Shown here one piece after another: positions 28,721 through 38,968 of a stretch of 41,550 nt of DNA. The notes below the pieces were generated by a model. That model ran no database searches, had not been told where the DNA came from, and saw only the letters and a list, made by a program, of their open reading frames with translations. Numbering within the stretch: position 1 is the stretch's first letter; every line of letters begins with the position of its first letter. Both the position numbers and the translations under genes were made by a program. The stretch lies in the sequence record DRR723986_3990; one strand, 5' to 3'.

Positions 28721-29944
28721 TTAAGCGGTTGTATCCGCTCTTCTTTCCGCAACTGCAAGCCAGATAAGCAAGCCGATGCAGAGCACCACAAAGGGAAACA
28801 CCAGAAGGGTGACCGTGTTCCAGCCGTAGACATTCAGCAAAGCACCGGACGAGAACGAAGCGGCGGCAACAAAGCCGAACACCAGAAAATCGTTGACCGC
28901 CTGCACCAGGTTCCGCTCTTCGGGCCGGTAGGTATCCGTCAGCATGGCGGTGGCTCCGATGAAGCCGAAGTTCCAGCCAAGGCCGAGCAGGATCAGCGCG
29001 ATCCAGAAATTGGCAAGGTCGACCCCCATCAACGCAACCACCGAACATCCGGCCAGCAGCAGCAGGCCGATCGAGACGATCCGCTCCTTGCCGAAGCGAC
29101 CGATGAGATTACCCGTGAAGAAACTCGGACCGAACATGGCGAGCACATGCCACTGAATGCCAAGCGTGGCGTCATTCTGCGACAGGCCGCAGCCGATCAT
29201 GGCCAGCGGCGTGGCCGTCATCACCATGCTCATGAGCGCATAGGAACAGATACCGCAGGCTGCCGCGACGATGAAACGGCGTTGCGACATGATCTGGCGC
29301 AGTGGACGTCCACCCGCCTGGGTATGGCTGTGCCGCTGCGGCTTTGGAATTCGGAGAAAAGCCACGAGGAAAAAGGCAATCAGGGACAAGCCAGCCTGCG
29401 CCAGATAGGTTCCGGCGAACAGGATTGGCGAGAACAGGTCCTTGGTGGCGATAACCGTTTGCGGACCAACCACCCCTGCCAGAACACCACCGGCAAGCAC
29501 CCATGAGATGGCCTTCGGCTTGAAGGCGTCACTTGCCGTGTCCGCTGCCGCAAAGCGGTATTGCTGCACGAATGCGCCTGCAAAACCGCTGATGCAGCAC
29601 CCGAGGGCAAACATCAGAAACTCGTCCTGGAAAACCGCGAATGCCGCCAGCAGCCCGGCGATGGCGCCAAGCAAAGCTGCCCCCATGAAACCGGTCCTGC
29701 GGCCGTATCGGCGCATGATCATGCCGGCGGGAATGGTCCCGAAAGCTGTTCCCAGGACCATCGCCGACACGGGCAAGGTTGCCAGAGACTTGTCCGTATC
29801 CAGCATCGAATACCCGACCAGCGGCGCCGTTGCGATCACGATCGACGCCGAAGCCCCACCAATTGCCTGAGCCAGAGCCAATAGCAGCGCGTTTCGTTTT
29901 GCCAGACTGTCGTCGACAAAGCTATCGGGGGTCGTCACGGTCAT
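28721..29944 (-). CDS. MFS transporter
   Basis: About 12 hydrophobic segments, motif-A-like GMIMRRYGRR and GNLIGRFGK, QQYRFAAAD; start set at ATG 29944. Confidence 0.92.
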   Translation of the reverse strand: MTVTTPDSFVDDSLAKRNALLLALAQAIGGASASIVIATAPLVGYSMLDTDKSLATLPVSAMVLGTAFGTIPAGMIMRRYGRRTGFMGAALLGAIAGLLAAFAVFQDEFLMFALGCCISGFAGAFVQQYRFAAADTASDAFKPKAISWVLAGGVLAGVVGPQTVIATKDLFSPILFAGTYLAQAGLSLIAFFLVAFLRIPKPQRHSHTQAGGRPLRQIMSQRRFIVAAACGICSYALMSMVMTATPLAMIGCGLSQNDATLGIQWHVLAMFGPSFFTGNLIGRFGKERIVSIGLLLLAGCSVVALMGVDLANFWIALILLGLGWNFGFIGATAMLTDTYRPEERNLVQAVNDFLVFGFVAAASFSSGALLNVYGWNTVTLLVFPFVVLCIGLLIWLAVAERRADTTA

Positions 29945-30162
29945 TTGGATACTTTCAGGAAGGCAGAAGTTTGCATGGCACATAACACGCCAACAGCCGA
30001 CCGCGAAAGACCAGAAGTTTCATTTGCAACTGGAGACCAGCCGAGAGCTGTAACGTGCGGCACGTCGCGGCCAAGCGGCACGAAGGCGCAACACCATCGA
30101 AGGCAGGCATTCGGGCGATGGATCCGGCCTGGTAAAATTCCGGCACCTGTCCTTTGCGACAG

Positions 30163-31161
30163 CTAAAAGTGACTGAAGCCCGCATAGCGATCGTAGTCGA
30201 CAGGTTGCCCGGCTTCTTCAAGCCGAATTCGGCCCTCACCTGCCCGGGCATGCCCGATTTGCGTGACGGGACAGCCTGCCAGGTGAGCAACCCGGCAGAA
30301 AGTGCCAGAAACGTCTTCCGGCACCGCCATCAGGATTTCGTAATCGTCGCCACCGTTCAGGCAACGGGCAAAGTCCTCTGGTGACTTGATCTTGAGATGG
30401 GCGAGCGCCTGTGAAAGCGGAACCTGATCCAGGTCGATCGTGAGGTCCAACGCCGAAGCGCTGGCCATATGCGCGCAGTCGGCGAACAGGCCATCTGACA
30501 CGTCCATGGCAGCCGAAGCATAATCGGTCACCGCCCCGGCAAGCCTCGTGCGCGGCCTTGGCAGCAGGTACCGGTCGAGAATATGGGCTTCTTCGCTCTC
30601 TGTCAGATCATGATCGCGGCAGAAGTCGGGGTTGAGGCGCGCCTTAAGACCGGCAGCGGCGTCGCCAATGGTTCCGGTGACAAACAGAAGATCGCCCGGC
30701 CGTGCCCCGGACCGCCGAACTGCGCTGCCGGTTTCAACCTCGCCTATTGCCGTGATCGACACCTGCAGACCATTGCCGGAACGAACCGTGTCACCGCCCA
30801 GAAGATGGAAATCATAGGCCGCCTGGTCAGCCGCCAGGCCGTTGCAGAACCGCTCAAGCCAGTCGACCGTCCAGTCGGACGGCAACGACAGCCCCATCAG
30901 ATAGCCGCGTGGACGTGCGCCCTTCGCCGCAAGGTCCGAGAGGTTGACCCTCAGTGCCTTGGCGGCGATCGCTTCCGGTGCATCTTCAGCAAAGAAATGA
31001 ATATCGGCCGCCAGCACGTCCTTGGTCAGAACAAGGTCGTGGCCTTCCCGTGGTGTCAGCACCGCAGCATCGTCGGTCAGACCGAGGCTGCCCGGGTCTT
31101 TTGCCAAAGGGGCAAAGAAACGCCGGATCAGCTCGAATTCGCCTGGCCGGTCAGCGCCCAT
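30163..31161 (-). CDS. thiL: Thiamine-monophosphate kinase
   Basis: GEFELI, DDAAV, NLSDLAAKGA, DVSDGL, GGDDYEI. Confidence 0.96.
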   Translation of the reverse strand: MGADRPGEFELIRRFFAPLAKDPGSLGLTDDAAVLTPREGHDLVLTKDVLAADIHFFAEDAPEAIAAKALRVNLSDLAAKGARPRGYLMGLSLPSDWTVDWLERFCNGLAADQAAYDFHLLGGDTVRSGNGLQVSITAIGEVETGSAVRRSGARPGDLLFVTGTIGDAAAGLKARLNPDFCRDHDLTESEEAHILDRYLLPRPRTRLAGAVTDYASAAMDVSDGLFADCAHMASASALDLTIDLDQVPLSQALAHLKIKSPEDFARCLNGGDDYEILMAVPEDVSGTFCRVAHLAGCPVTQIGHARAGEGRIRLEEAGQPVDYDRYAGFSHF

Positions 31162-31163
31162 GA

Positions 31164-31685
31164 TCAGGAGGCGCCGTCCGTTTTCTTTTCCTCGAGTTCG
31201 CCGCTGCGCAGTTCATGCGCAAGACGGTCGAGCACGCCGTTGACAAGGCCGGGCTCATCATCATCGAAGAAGGCCTTGGTGACGTCGATATACTCGGAAA
31301 TGATCACCTTGGCCGGAACATCCTTGCGGCGCAGCAGCTCATAGGAGCCGGAGCGGAGGATAGCCCGCAGCAGGCTGTCGATACGCTTCAGGGGCCAGTC
31401 TTCGGCCAACGCGGTGTGAATGTAGGGATCCAGAAACTTCTGGTCCTCCACAACGCCGGCAAGGATCTGCTTGAACCATTGTTCGTCGGCTTCGCGGTAC
31501 TGCGCACCGTCGATTTCCTTGCCGAGGCGAAAGGCAGTGAATTCGCTGACGACACTGGTCAGCGGCGCACCGCCGACGTCCATCTGATAAAGGGCCTGAA
31601 CAGCAGCAAGGCGAGCCACGCCGCGTTTGTTTGCAGGGCGCACAGTTTTTCCAGCCGGTTTTTCCGGGTCGGCCTTTCCGGTCAT
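31164..31685 (-). CDS. nusB: Transcription antitermination factor NusB
   Basis: [29 protein letters not shown]; start set at ATG 31685. Confidence 0.96.
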   Translation of the reverse strand: MTGKADPEKPAGKTVRPANKRGVARLAAVQALYQMDVGGAPLTSVVSEFTAFRLGKEIDGAQYREADEQWFKQILAGVVEDQKFLDPYIHTALAEDWPLKRIDSLLRAILRSGSYELLRRKDVPAKVIISEYIDVTKAFFDDDEPGLVNGVLDRLAHELRSGELEEKKTDGAS

Positions 31686-31690
31686 TCTTC

Positions 31691-32140
31691 TTATACTCCA
31701 AGCCGCTCGCGCAGGGCGATCATGTCGAGGGCAGCACGGGCAGCCGCGCCGCCTTTGTCCTTGTCGTCCACCTTCGCGCGGGCCCATGCCTGCTCACCGT
31801 TTTCAACGGTCAGGATACCATTTCCGACAGCCAGATCCGCATCGACGATCAAATCCATGATCACCCGGTTCGATTCATTGGCAACAATATCGTAATGGGT
31901 GGTCTCGCCGCGAATGACGACACCCAGCAGAACGAAGCCGTCGTAAAGCTCGCCGTCGTTTTCCATTGCCGTCAGAGCCATGGACAGGGCAGCCGGAATT
32001 TCCAGGACGCCCGGTACAGCGATCCGGTCATAGCTTGCGCCGGCAGCCTCAATGGTCTTGATCGCGCCTTCTGCGAGAGCATCGGCCAGATCTTCGTAGA
32101 AACGGGCTTCGATGATCAGAAGTTTCGGTGCAGCGCTCAT
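31691..32140 (-). CDS. ribH: 6,7-dimethyl-8-ribityllumazine synthase
   Basis: [28 protein letters not shown]. Confidence 0.96.
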   Translation of the reverse strand: MSAAPKLLIIEARFYEDLADALAEGAIKTIEAAGASYDRIAVPGVLEIPAALSMALTAMENDGELYDGFVLLGVVIRGETTHYDIVANESNRVIMDLIVDADLAVGNGILTVENGEQAWARAKVDDKDKGGAAARAALDMIALRERLGV

Positions 32141-32297
32141 GGGTTTTCGTTCCTATGTAAGGCCGCGACAGGAACCACGTCTGCCCCGGTTTGTCCAGTC
32201 TCATTCGTAAAGGACCACGATATCCCGGTGACGAGTTCGTCCCGTGGTTAAGGCGGTAAATGATATTAGCTCTTTTCGAAGGTGTTGGGACCGTCCC

Positions 32298-32909
32298 CTA
32301 CCCGGTCTTGGAGAATTCCGCAAGACGGGCGGCGTAGCGGGCCATCATATCCACTTCCAGGTTGATCTTGTCACCGACCTGCCGATCGGACCAGGTCGTG
32401 ACTTCGAGCGTATGCGGGATCAGGAAGACGGAGAAGAGCAACCCGTCGACCTCGTTCACCGTCAGGGACGTGCCATCGAGCGCAACCGAACCCTTCTTGG
32501 CAATAAAGGGGGCTGCTTCCGCCGGTGCTTCGAACTGGAAATAGACCGAATCCGGATGGTCTTCACGCTTTGTCACCGTTGCAAGTCCATCGACATGGCC
32601 AAGCACCAGGTGCCCACCCAGCTCCGCACCCATCGTCAGCGAGCGTTCCAGATTGAGTTTCTGCCCCACTTTCCAGGATGCGACGTTGGTCAGAGCCAGG
32701 GTTTCGGCGGCCGATTCCACTTCGAACCAGTTGCCATTGGAGCCGTTGTCCTTGGCTGTCACCGTGTGGCAGACGCCAGAACAGGAAATCGAAGCCCCGA
32801 TGTCGAAGCCATTCGTATCGTAGGCGGTGCGGATCCGCGTCCGCATTCCGGCAGGGATCTTGTCGATAGCGAGGATCTCGCCGAGGTCGGTCACAATTCC
32901 GGTGAACAT
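32298..32909 (-). CDS. ribE: Riboflavin synthase (alpha type)
   Basis: Canonical MFTGIV start at 32909, GGHLVLGHVDG, KGSVALDGTSLTVN. Confidence 0.96.
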   Translation of the reverse strand: MFTGIVTDLGEILAIDKIPAGMRTRIRTAYDTNGFDIGASISCSGVCHTVTAKDNGSNGNWFEVESAAETLALTNVASWKVGQKLNLERSLTMGAELGGHLVLGHVDGLATVTKREDHPDSVYFQFEAPAEAAPFIAKKGSVALDGTSLTVNEVDGLLFSVFLIPHTLEVTTWSDRQVGDKINLEVDMMARYAARLAEFSKTG

Positions 32910-32910
32910 G

Positions 32911-34035
32911 TCAGGCTCCGCGCCGTCTGAGATAAACAAAACTGTCCGGACCGAAACGGCCCGCATCGACCCGCTCGAATTTGGGGTCTTTGAGAACATC
33001 TGCAAGGTCAAGACCGTGCAGAGCAGGTATGCCGCCTTCGCCGATTACGATATCCCCGGTAACGACACAAAGATCATCCACCTGGTCCGCCGCCAGGAAT
33101 GACGACGCCAGACGGGAACCGCCTTCAACCATCACCCGCGTTATGCCGCGTGTTGCAAGCGCACTCAGGATGACAGAGGGCTTGATGCCGGTTTCTTCAG
33201 CGGGCACCCGGATGACATTGACACCAGCAGCCGCCAGGTCCGCCAGCTTGTCAGCATCCGCCGCATTGCCACACACAAGCCAGACAGGCACGTCGACGCA
33301 GGTTTGCACCAGTTTGGAAGTCAATGGCAGCCGGGCACACCGGTCGATGATGACCCGCACAGGAGAGCGATCCGCAAGGCCCGGAAGTCTGCAGGTCAGT
33401 TGCGGGTCATCGGCAAGCGCCGTGCCTGAACCGACCAGGATGGCGTCGCATTCGGCGCGAAACCCATGGACCTTGCGCATCGACAGGGCACCGGAGATCT
33501 TGACCTGACCTTCGCCTGCCCGGCCGATAAATCCATCCTTGGAAACAGCTAGCTTCAGGAACACCACCGGACGCTGTTTCAGTTGCCTGTAAGTGAACCC
33601 TCGGTACAGCGCATGCATGGCCTTTTCGCGCACACCCACTTCCACCTCGATGCCCGCATCGCGCAGCATGGCGACACCACGGCCAGCGACACGCGGGTTC
33701 GGGTCCAGCATGCCGACGACCACGCGTTTCACGCCCGCCTCGATCAGAGCCTTGGCGCAAGGCGGGGTTCGGCCGTAGTGGGAACATGGCTCCAGGGTGA
33801 CGTAACAGGTCGCCCCTTTTGCCCTGTCCCCCGCCTGGTTCAAGGCATTGACTTCCGCATGCGCCATGCCGGGACGGGACGTGACGCCTCTGCCCACGAG
33901 AACAGCGGCCCCTGCGTCGAAACGGACGATGAGCGCAGCCACGGAAGGATTGGGCCACACACGGCCGAGACCACGACGGGCAAGGCGTTCGGCGGCCGCC
34001 ATGAAACGGGCATCAAGATTGGAAAGTTCGGACAT
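32911..34035 (-). CDS. ribD: Bifunctional pyrimidine deaminase/reductase RibD
   Basis: HAE, TLEPCSHYGRTPPC, DDPQLTCR, VEGG. Confidence 0.96.
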   Translation of the reverse strand: MSELSNLDARFMAAAERLARRGLGRVWPNPSVAALIVRFDAGAAVLVGRGVTSRPGMAHAEVNALNQAGDRAKGATCYVTLEPCSHYGRTPPCAKALIEAGVKRVVVGMLDPNPRVAGRGVAMLRDAGIEVEVGVREKAMHALYRGFTYRQLKQRPVVFLKLAVSKDGFIGRAGEGQVKISGALSMRKVHGFRAECDAILVGSGTALADDPQLTCRLPGLADRSPVRVIIDRCARLPLTSKLVQTCVDVPVWLVCGNAADADKLADLAAAGVNVIRVPAEETGIKPSVILSALATRGITRVMVEGGSRLASSFLAADQVDDLCVVTGDIVIGEGGIPALHGLDLADVLKDPKFERVDAGRFGPDSFVYLRRRGA

Positions 34036-34055
34036 CAAGAACCGGATACTGCAGG

Positions 34056-34532
34056 TCAGGAGTTTTTGAGCGGCTGTCCGTCCGGATCGCTCAGCTCATC
34101 CAGAAGGGCTTCGAAATCCTTCGCCTCACGGAAGTTCTTGTAAACGGAGGCAAAGCGGACATAGGCAACGTCGTCGATGCCCTTCAGGCCTTCCATGACG
34201 TGGTTGCCGATGGTTTCCGCGGTGATTTCGGTTTCGCCTGAACTTTCAAGCTGGCGAACGATGCCGGAGACCATGCGTTCGATCTTGTCAGGATCCACGG
34301 GACGCTTGCGCACTGCGATCTGCACGGACCGCATCAGTTTTTCCCTGTCGAAGGGAACGCGGCGCCCGGAGCGTTTGAGCACCAGGAGTTCGCGCAGCTG
34401 CACGCGCTCGAAGGTGGTGAACCGGCCGCCGCAGGTATTGCAGATCCTGCGGCGGCGGATGGCTGTATTGTCCTCGGTCGGGCGGGAATCCTTGACCTGG
34501 GTTTCCTCACCCCCGCAAAACGGACATCTCAT
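34056..34532 (-). CDS. nrdR: Transcriptional repressor NrdR
   Basis: MRCPFC...RRRRIC..C..RFTTFE zinc ribbon, ATP cone, [10 protein letters not shown]. Confidence 0.98.
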   Translation of the reverse strand: MRCPFCGGEETQVKDSRPTEDNTAIRRRRICNTCGGRFTTFERVQLRELLVLKRSGRRVPFDREKLMRSVQIAVRKRPVDPDKIERMVSGIVRQLESSGETEITAETIGNHVMEGLKGIDDVAYVRFASVYKNFREAKDFEALLDELSDPDGQPLKNS

Positions 34533-34560
34533 GTCTTAAAGCTCCTGAGCGAGCCCGCGA

Positions 34561-35871
34561 TTAGCCCCCGTAGATCGGGAACCGGGCCGTCAGTGCTTCT
34601 ACCTTGGCTTTGACCGCCGCTTCAACTGCCGCGTTGCCCTCTTCACTGTTTGCGGCCTTCAAACCGTCCAACACTTCCGTGATCAGCAGACCGACTTCGC
34701 GGAATTCCGCAACACCGAAGCCGCGTGTGGTCGCTGCCGGGGTGCCGAGACGCACGCCAGACGTGACAAACGGCTTTTCCGGGTCGAACGGGATTCCGTT
34801 CTTGTTGCAGGTGATGTTGGCGCGGCCGAGAGATTTTTCAGCCACCTTGCCGGTGGCGTTCTTCGGACGCAGGTCCACCAGCATCAGATGGTTGTCGGTG
34901 CCGCCGGAAACGATATCCAGACCCTGTTCCTTCAGGACTTCAGCCAGAACTTTGGCATTTTCCTGAACGGCGCGGGCATAAGCCTTGAATTCCGGCTGCA
35001 GTGCTTCCTTGAAGGCAACGGCCTTGGCAGCAATGACGTGCATCAGCGGGCCACCCTGAAGACCCGGGAAGACGGCCGAATTGATCTTCTTGGCGATCGC
35101 TTCGTCGTTGCTCAGGATCATGCCGCCGCGCGGACCGCGCAGGGACTTGTGGGTGGTGGTGGTGACGACGTGGGCGTGCGGAACCGGCGACGGGTGGACA
35201 CCACCTGCAACCAGACCGGCGATATGCGCCATGTCGACCATGAGATAGGCACCAATGCTGTCGGCGATTTCGCGGAACCGCTTCCAGTCCCAGATACGGG
35301 AATAGGCGGTGCCGCCGGCCAGGATCAGCTTGGGCTTGTGTTCGTTGGCAAGGCGCTCGACCTCATCCATGTCGAGAAGATGGTCGTCCTCACGCACGCC
35401 ATAGGAGACGACGTTGAACCACTTGCCGGACATGTTGACCGGGGAACCGTGAGTCAGGTGACCACCGGAGTTGAGATCCAGGCCCATGAAGGTGTCGCCA
35501 GGCTGCAGAAGAGCCAGGAACACCGCCTGGTTCATCTGGCTGCCGGAGTTCGGCTGAACGTTGGCAAACTGGCAGCCGAACAGTTCCTTCGCGCGCTCGA
35601 TTGCCAGCGTTTCGGCAATGTCGGCGAACTCACAACCGCCATAGTAGCGCTTGCCCGGATAACCTTCGGCATATTTGTTGGTGAAGATCGAGCCCTGTGC
35701 TTCCAGCACTGCGCGGGAAACGATGTTTTCCGAAGCAATCAGCTCGATTTCATGCTGCTGACGGCCGAGTTCCTTGCCGATCGTGTCGAAGATATCCGGA
35801 TCGGCTTCAGCAAGGCTGCGGGTGAAGAAACCGGACTGCAGGGACTGATCGGAGCTTTCCATCAAAGACAT
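34561..35871 (-). CDS. glyA: Serine hydroxymethyltransferase
   Basis: [37 protein letters not shown]; start set at ATG 35871. Confidence 0.98.
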   Translation of the reverse strand: MSLMESSDQSLQSGFFTRSLAEADPDIFDTIGKELGRQQHEIELIASENIVSRAVLEAQGSIFTNKYAEGYPGKRYYGGCEFADIAETLAIERAKELFGCQFANVQPNSGSQMNQAVFLALLQPGDTFMGLDLNSGGHLTHGSPVNMSGKWFNVVSYGVREDDHLLDMDEVERLANEHKPKLILAGGTAYSRIWDWKRFREIADSIGAYLMVDMAHIAGLVAGGVHPSPVPHAHVVTTTTHKSLRGPRGGMILSNDEAIAKKINSAVFPGLQGGPLMHVIAAKAVAFKEALQPEFKAYARAVQENAKVLAEVLKEQGLDIVSGGTDNHLMLVDLRPKNATGKVAEKSLGRANITCNKNGIPFDPEKPFVTSGVRLGTPAATTRGFGVAEFREVGLLITEVLDGLKAANSEEGNAAVEAAVKAKVEALTARFPIYGG

Positions 35872-36278
35872 AGCGCCATCCTTGTGTTCTTTTGATAGAT
35901 CAGGAGCATCGGCGGCCAATGTCCGGAAGGACGCTTTCGACCGTCATGCCTGTGTGAGGCGAGGAATTAACACACCCCCCGACCAGAACCAAGGGGCATA
36001 CCGACGCGTCCAGTTTGGAAAACGACACAGCTGCCAAATCTTGAACGAAACAAGTTTTCGCAACCTTGGGCCAAATCTAAACTGACAACCCAACAAGTTA
36101 CACTTGCAACAGATCCGACCTTCAGCGCCGATCATTTGACCGGCACCAAAACAATACCCGGGCACAATTCAAATCTGCTCTCGCAAACCGATCTGGTGCG
36201 CCGTTCTTCTCAAAACGATTTAAATTGCTTGTTGTTTTATCGAAACCTGTTGCGGAAGCAGAGACTTAAGACAAACCA

Positions 36279-36506
36279 TCAATAAAGGGTCGGGTCAGGT
36301 CTGTTCTGCGCAGCCAAGCCTTCCTGTTCAAGGCGGCGGCGAAGTTTTCGAACGGCAATCCGCTTCAGATCTTCCTGAGCTGCAGAAGCCGGCCCGAAGA
36401 CCGACACTTCAAAACCGGTCGCCGCGTCAATGGCAGTGACCTTGACCTGCTGACCGATCGGCCGAAACTCAAGATAAATTTCACCAGGCCGCTCTTCGCG
36501 ACTCAT
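36279..36506 (-). CDS. Small conserved alphaproteobacterial protein (DUF6898-like)
   Basis: GGAG before ATG; EIYLEF..IGQQVKVTAID..TG.EVSV.GP matches my recollection of the small family found beside glyA; family name unverified. Confidence 0.72.
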   Translation of the reverse strand: MSREERPGEIYLEFRPIGQQVKVTAIDAATGFEVSVFGPASAAQEDLKRIAVRKLRRRLEQEGLAAQNRPDPTLY

Positions 36507-36634
36507 TGCCGTTCTCCTGATCCAGCACCCCGTTGTCGAACAAGCATGCGAATGGAGCTAGAATCCATGAAACGCCGGCCTGATCAAGGCCGACGTTTCT
36601 GGACAGGAAACAATTGTTTGACGCTTGGCGACAC

Positions 36635-37939
36635 CTACAGGCGTGCTTGCTCACCCGTTCCGTAGAGATCGTCGCGGTCGTAGATATCATCGCGGAAATG
36701 CACCACACCGTCGGCATTTGCCCAGGCGGTGATGTAGGTGAGATAAAGCGGAATCTGCGACTTCAGTTTCACGTCTTCACGATCACCGGTGCGGATGACA
36801 CCATCGACGCGCCCCCGATCCCAGTCAGGAGTTGTCGACTGCAACAGCCAGGTCACCAGCTCTCGCACATTCTGTACGCGCACGCAGCCCGAAGAATGGA
36901 ACCGGTTGGCTTCGCCAAACAGGGTCTTGGACGGCGTATCGTGCAGATAGACCTGGTGTTTGTTGTGGAAGTTGATGCGCACCGACCCGAGCGAGTTTTC
37001 CGAGCCCGGATCCTGGGTGAAGCGATACTGGGTCGCCTCATCCGTGTTCCAGTCGATCTGTTGCCAGTTCAGCTCGTTGTTGCTCCAGTCGAAGATGCGG
37101 ATATTGTTCTTCGCAAGATACTGCGGATCCTCTTTCATCTTGGGGATCAGGTCCTTGCGGATGATCGACTTCGGCACCGTCCAGTACGGATTGAAGTTCA
37201 ACTCGTAGATCTTGCTGTTGAGGATCGGCGTCTGGCGGTCGATCTTGCCCACAACGGCCGTGTGGCGCGAACGGACCATGCCGTTTTCAACCGCCTCGAT
37301 CTCTGCTGCCGGAATGTTGACCATCACGTAGCGGTCGCCCAGGAAACCGGACATGGACCGCATACGGATCATGTTGGTTTCGAGCTGGCGCAGACGTACG
37401 TCGGCCGAAATGTTCAGCGCAGTCACGGTGCCGTCGCCCATCACACCGTCCGGAATAAGACCGTGACGAAGCTGAAAACGACGCAGACCTGCATCCACGT
37501 AAGAATCGAAGGTGTCGGAGAGGCCGGCTTGCTGTTCAAGATCGCCGGAAACGATCAAGCGGCGGCGAAGTTCCACGACGCGCGGATCCTTGGCACCGAT
37601 GCGAAGCGCCTTGCCGCCAGCAGACACTGTTCCCCAGCCACCGGCCTGGACAATGCGCTGATAACGATCGATCGCTGCCGCGATATAGTCGGCGGTCTGC
37701 GGCGACAACGTCGGAGCAGAGGATTTCACTTCCGTGATGTGATCCGTCGCGATGTCAAAGTTATCCGCCCATTCAACCTGCTGGTTCTGTGCGAATGTCA
37801 TCGGGGCCGTCTGTGCCTGCGCACCAGTTGCGATCATGACTGGAGTTACCACGCCCAGCATCATCATGCTCTTGAGCGTTTTTCCAGCAGTCCACTTCCA
37901 GTGACGCTTTATCCCGAACGGTCCGGATAAAAGGTTCAT
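36635..37939 (-). CDS. ldtP: L,D-transpeptidase with peptidoglycan-binding domain (LdtP/YcbB-like)
   Basis: FQLRHGLIPDG PG-binding motif, VNIPA, NPYWTVP, catalytic YLHDTP...SSGCVRV; start uncertain (ATG 37939 chosen). Confidence 0.9.
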   Translation of the reverse strand: MNLLSGPFGIKRHWKWTAGKTLKSMMMLGVVTPVMIATGAQAQTAPMTFAQNQQVEWADNFDIATDHITEVKSSAPTLSPQTADYIAAAIDRYQRIVQAGGWGTVSAGGKALRIGAKDPRVVELRRRLIVSGDLEQQAGLSDTFDSYVDAGLRRFQLRHGLIPDGVMGDGTVTALNISADVRLRQLETNMIRMRSMSGFLGDRYVMVNIPAAEIEAVENGMVRSRHTAVVGKIDRQTPILNSKIYELNFNPYWTVPKSIIRKDLIPKMKEDPQYLAKNNIRIFDWSNNELNWQQIDWNTDEATQYRFTQDPGSENSLGSVRINFHNKHQVYLHDTPSKTLFGEANRFHSSGCVRVQNVRELVTWLLQSTTPDWDRGRVDGVIRTGDREDVKLKSQIPLYLTYITAWANADGVVHFRDDIYDRDDLYGTGEQARL

Positions 37940-38239
37940 CGCCGACCCCATGTTGCAGCGCCATTCGGCGCAAATGTTCTTCAAATACGCGGGATTGAGA
38001 CCAACAAAAAAGGCCACCCCGGCGGTTCCTGCTCCCAGTCCTAACGGAAGGGAGTTAACAAATCGCTTGATTTTTTAACCATCTCGGATTCAGGAGCACT
38101 GCACAAAGCCATTCCAATGTGACCACAAGATGTCAACTTTGCCTCAGCAGTTAAAACTGCCTGCACCATAGCTTTGTTTCTCCGCCGTTCGAGAATTCTG
38201 GCTGTGCAAATTTGCGTGAGGTCGGCAACTTGAGGCTGA

Positions 38240-38270
38240 AAAACAGAAAGCACCGCCCAATGGGCGGTGC
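38240..38270 (-). terminator. Intrinsic terminator after ldtR
   Basis: Minus strand GCACCGCCCA-T-TGGGCGGTGC followed by TTTCTGTTTT. Confidence 0.8.
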
Positions 38271-38298
38271 CTTGTCATCTGAATGTTCCGCGAATGTC

Positions 38299-38814
38299 TT
38301 ACAGGCGGTAAAGGATCTGGTCGGTCCAGAACCGCTCCAGACGGCGCAGGGACTTGTTCAGTGCCACAAAGTCCTGCGGACCGATTTCGCCGACCTGTTC
38401 CACGGACAGCATGTGACGCTCGTAAAGATCGTTCACGATCTTGGCCACTTCCCGTCCCTTTTCCGTCAGGCTGACACGGACAGACCGGCGGTCCATACGC
38501 GAACGCTGATGGTGGATGTAACCAGTCTCGACCAGCTTCTTCAGGTTGTAGGAGACATTCGACCCCAGGTAGTAACCGCGTGTCCGCAGTTCACCGGCGG
38601 TCAGTTCGCTGTCGCCGATGTTGAACAGCAGCAGTGCCTGCACGCTGTTTACGTCGGACCGGCCCATGCGGTCGAATTCGTCCTTGATGACGTCGAGCAG
38701 ACGCCGATGCAGTCGCTCAACGAGCGTAAGAGCCTCTAGGTAAAGCGGCTTGATCTCAAGCTCTTCCCCTTCACTCTGTGCAACAGCGTCGACTGCCCTA
38801 CTTGCGGTGATCAT
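38299..38814 (-). CDS. ldtR: MarR-family regulator LdtR
   Basis: ERLHRRLLDVIKDEF, GELRTRGYYLGSNVSYNLKKL, LERFW; upstream of the L,D-transpeptidase as in rhizobia. Confidence 0.9.
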   Translation of the reverse strand: MITASRAVDAVAQSEGEELEIKPLYLEALTLVERLHRRLLDVIKDEFDRMGRSDVNSVQALLLFNIGDSELTAGELRTRGYYLGSNVSYNLKKLVETGYIHHQRSRMDRRSVRVSLTEKGREVAKIVNDLYERHMLSVEQVGEIGPQDFVALNKSLRRLERFWTDQILYRL

Positions 38815-38890
38815 GTGATTGCGCCTCTTTTAGTACCTGTCGTTGGACGGATATTTTTCCCGCCTTGTTTCGCAATCTAACCGAGCGATT

Positions 38891-38930
38891 CTAAAATCCG
38901 CTTAAGAGACACGCTGAATCATCCGTTAAC
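38891..38930. promoter_or_regulatory. Two near-consensus CtrA boxes upstream of ldtR
   Basis: CTAA-AATCCGC-TTAA (38891-38905) and TGAA-TCATCCG-TTAAC (38915-38930), each one mismatch from TTAA-N7-TTAA. Confidence 0.5.
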
Positions 38931-38968
38931 TTCCAAGGGGCGTTTTAGACTTCCCTTTAACAAGTTGT

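Noticed and set aside
30020..30105. Fluoride-riboswitch-like CGATGGTGTTGCGCC on the minus strand upstream of the MFS gene
   Set aside because: The 5' GGCG strand of P1 and the downstream ACACC pseudoknot partner are missing.
32141..32297. FMN riboswitch in the ribE-ribH spacer
   Set aside because: Only a weak ACCACG...CGTGGT repeat; FMN-element motifs such as AGGGCGGGGTG and TCCCGACCG are absent.
36614..37930. 438-aa plus-strand ORF
   Set aside because: Antisense shadow of ldtP.
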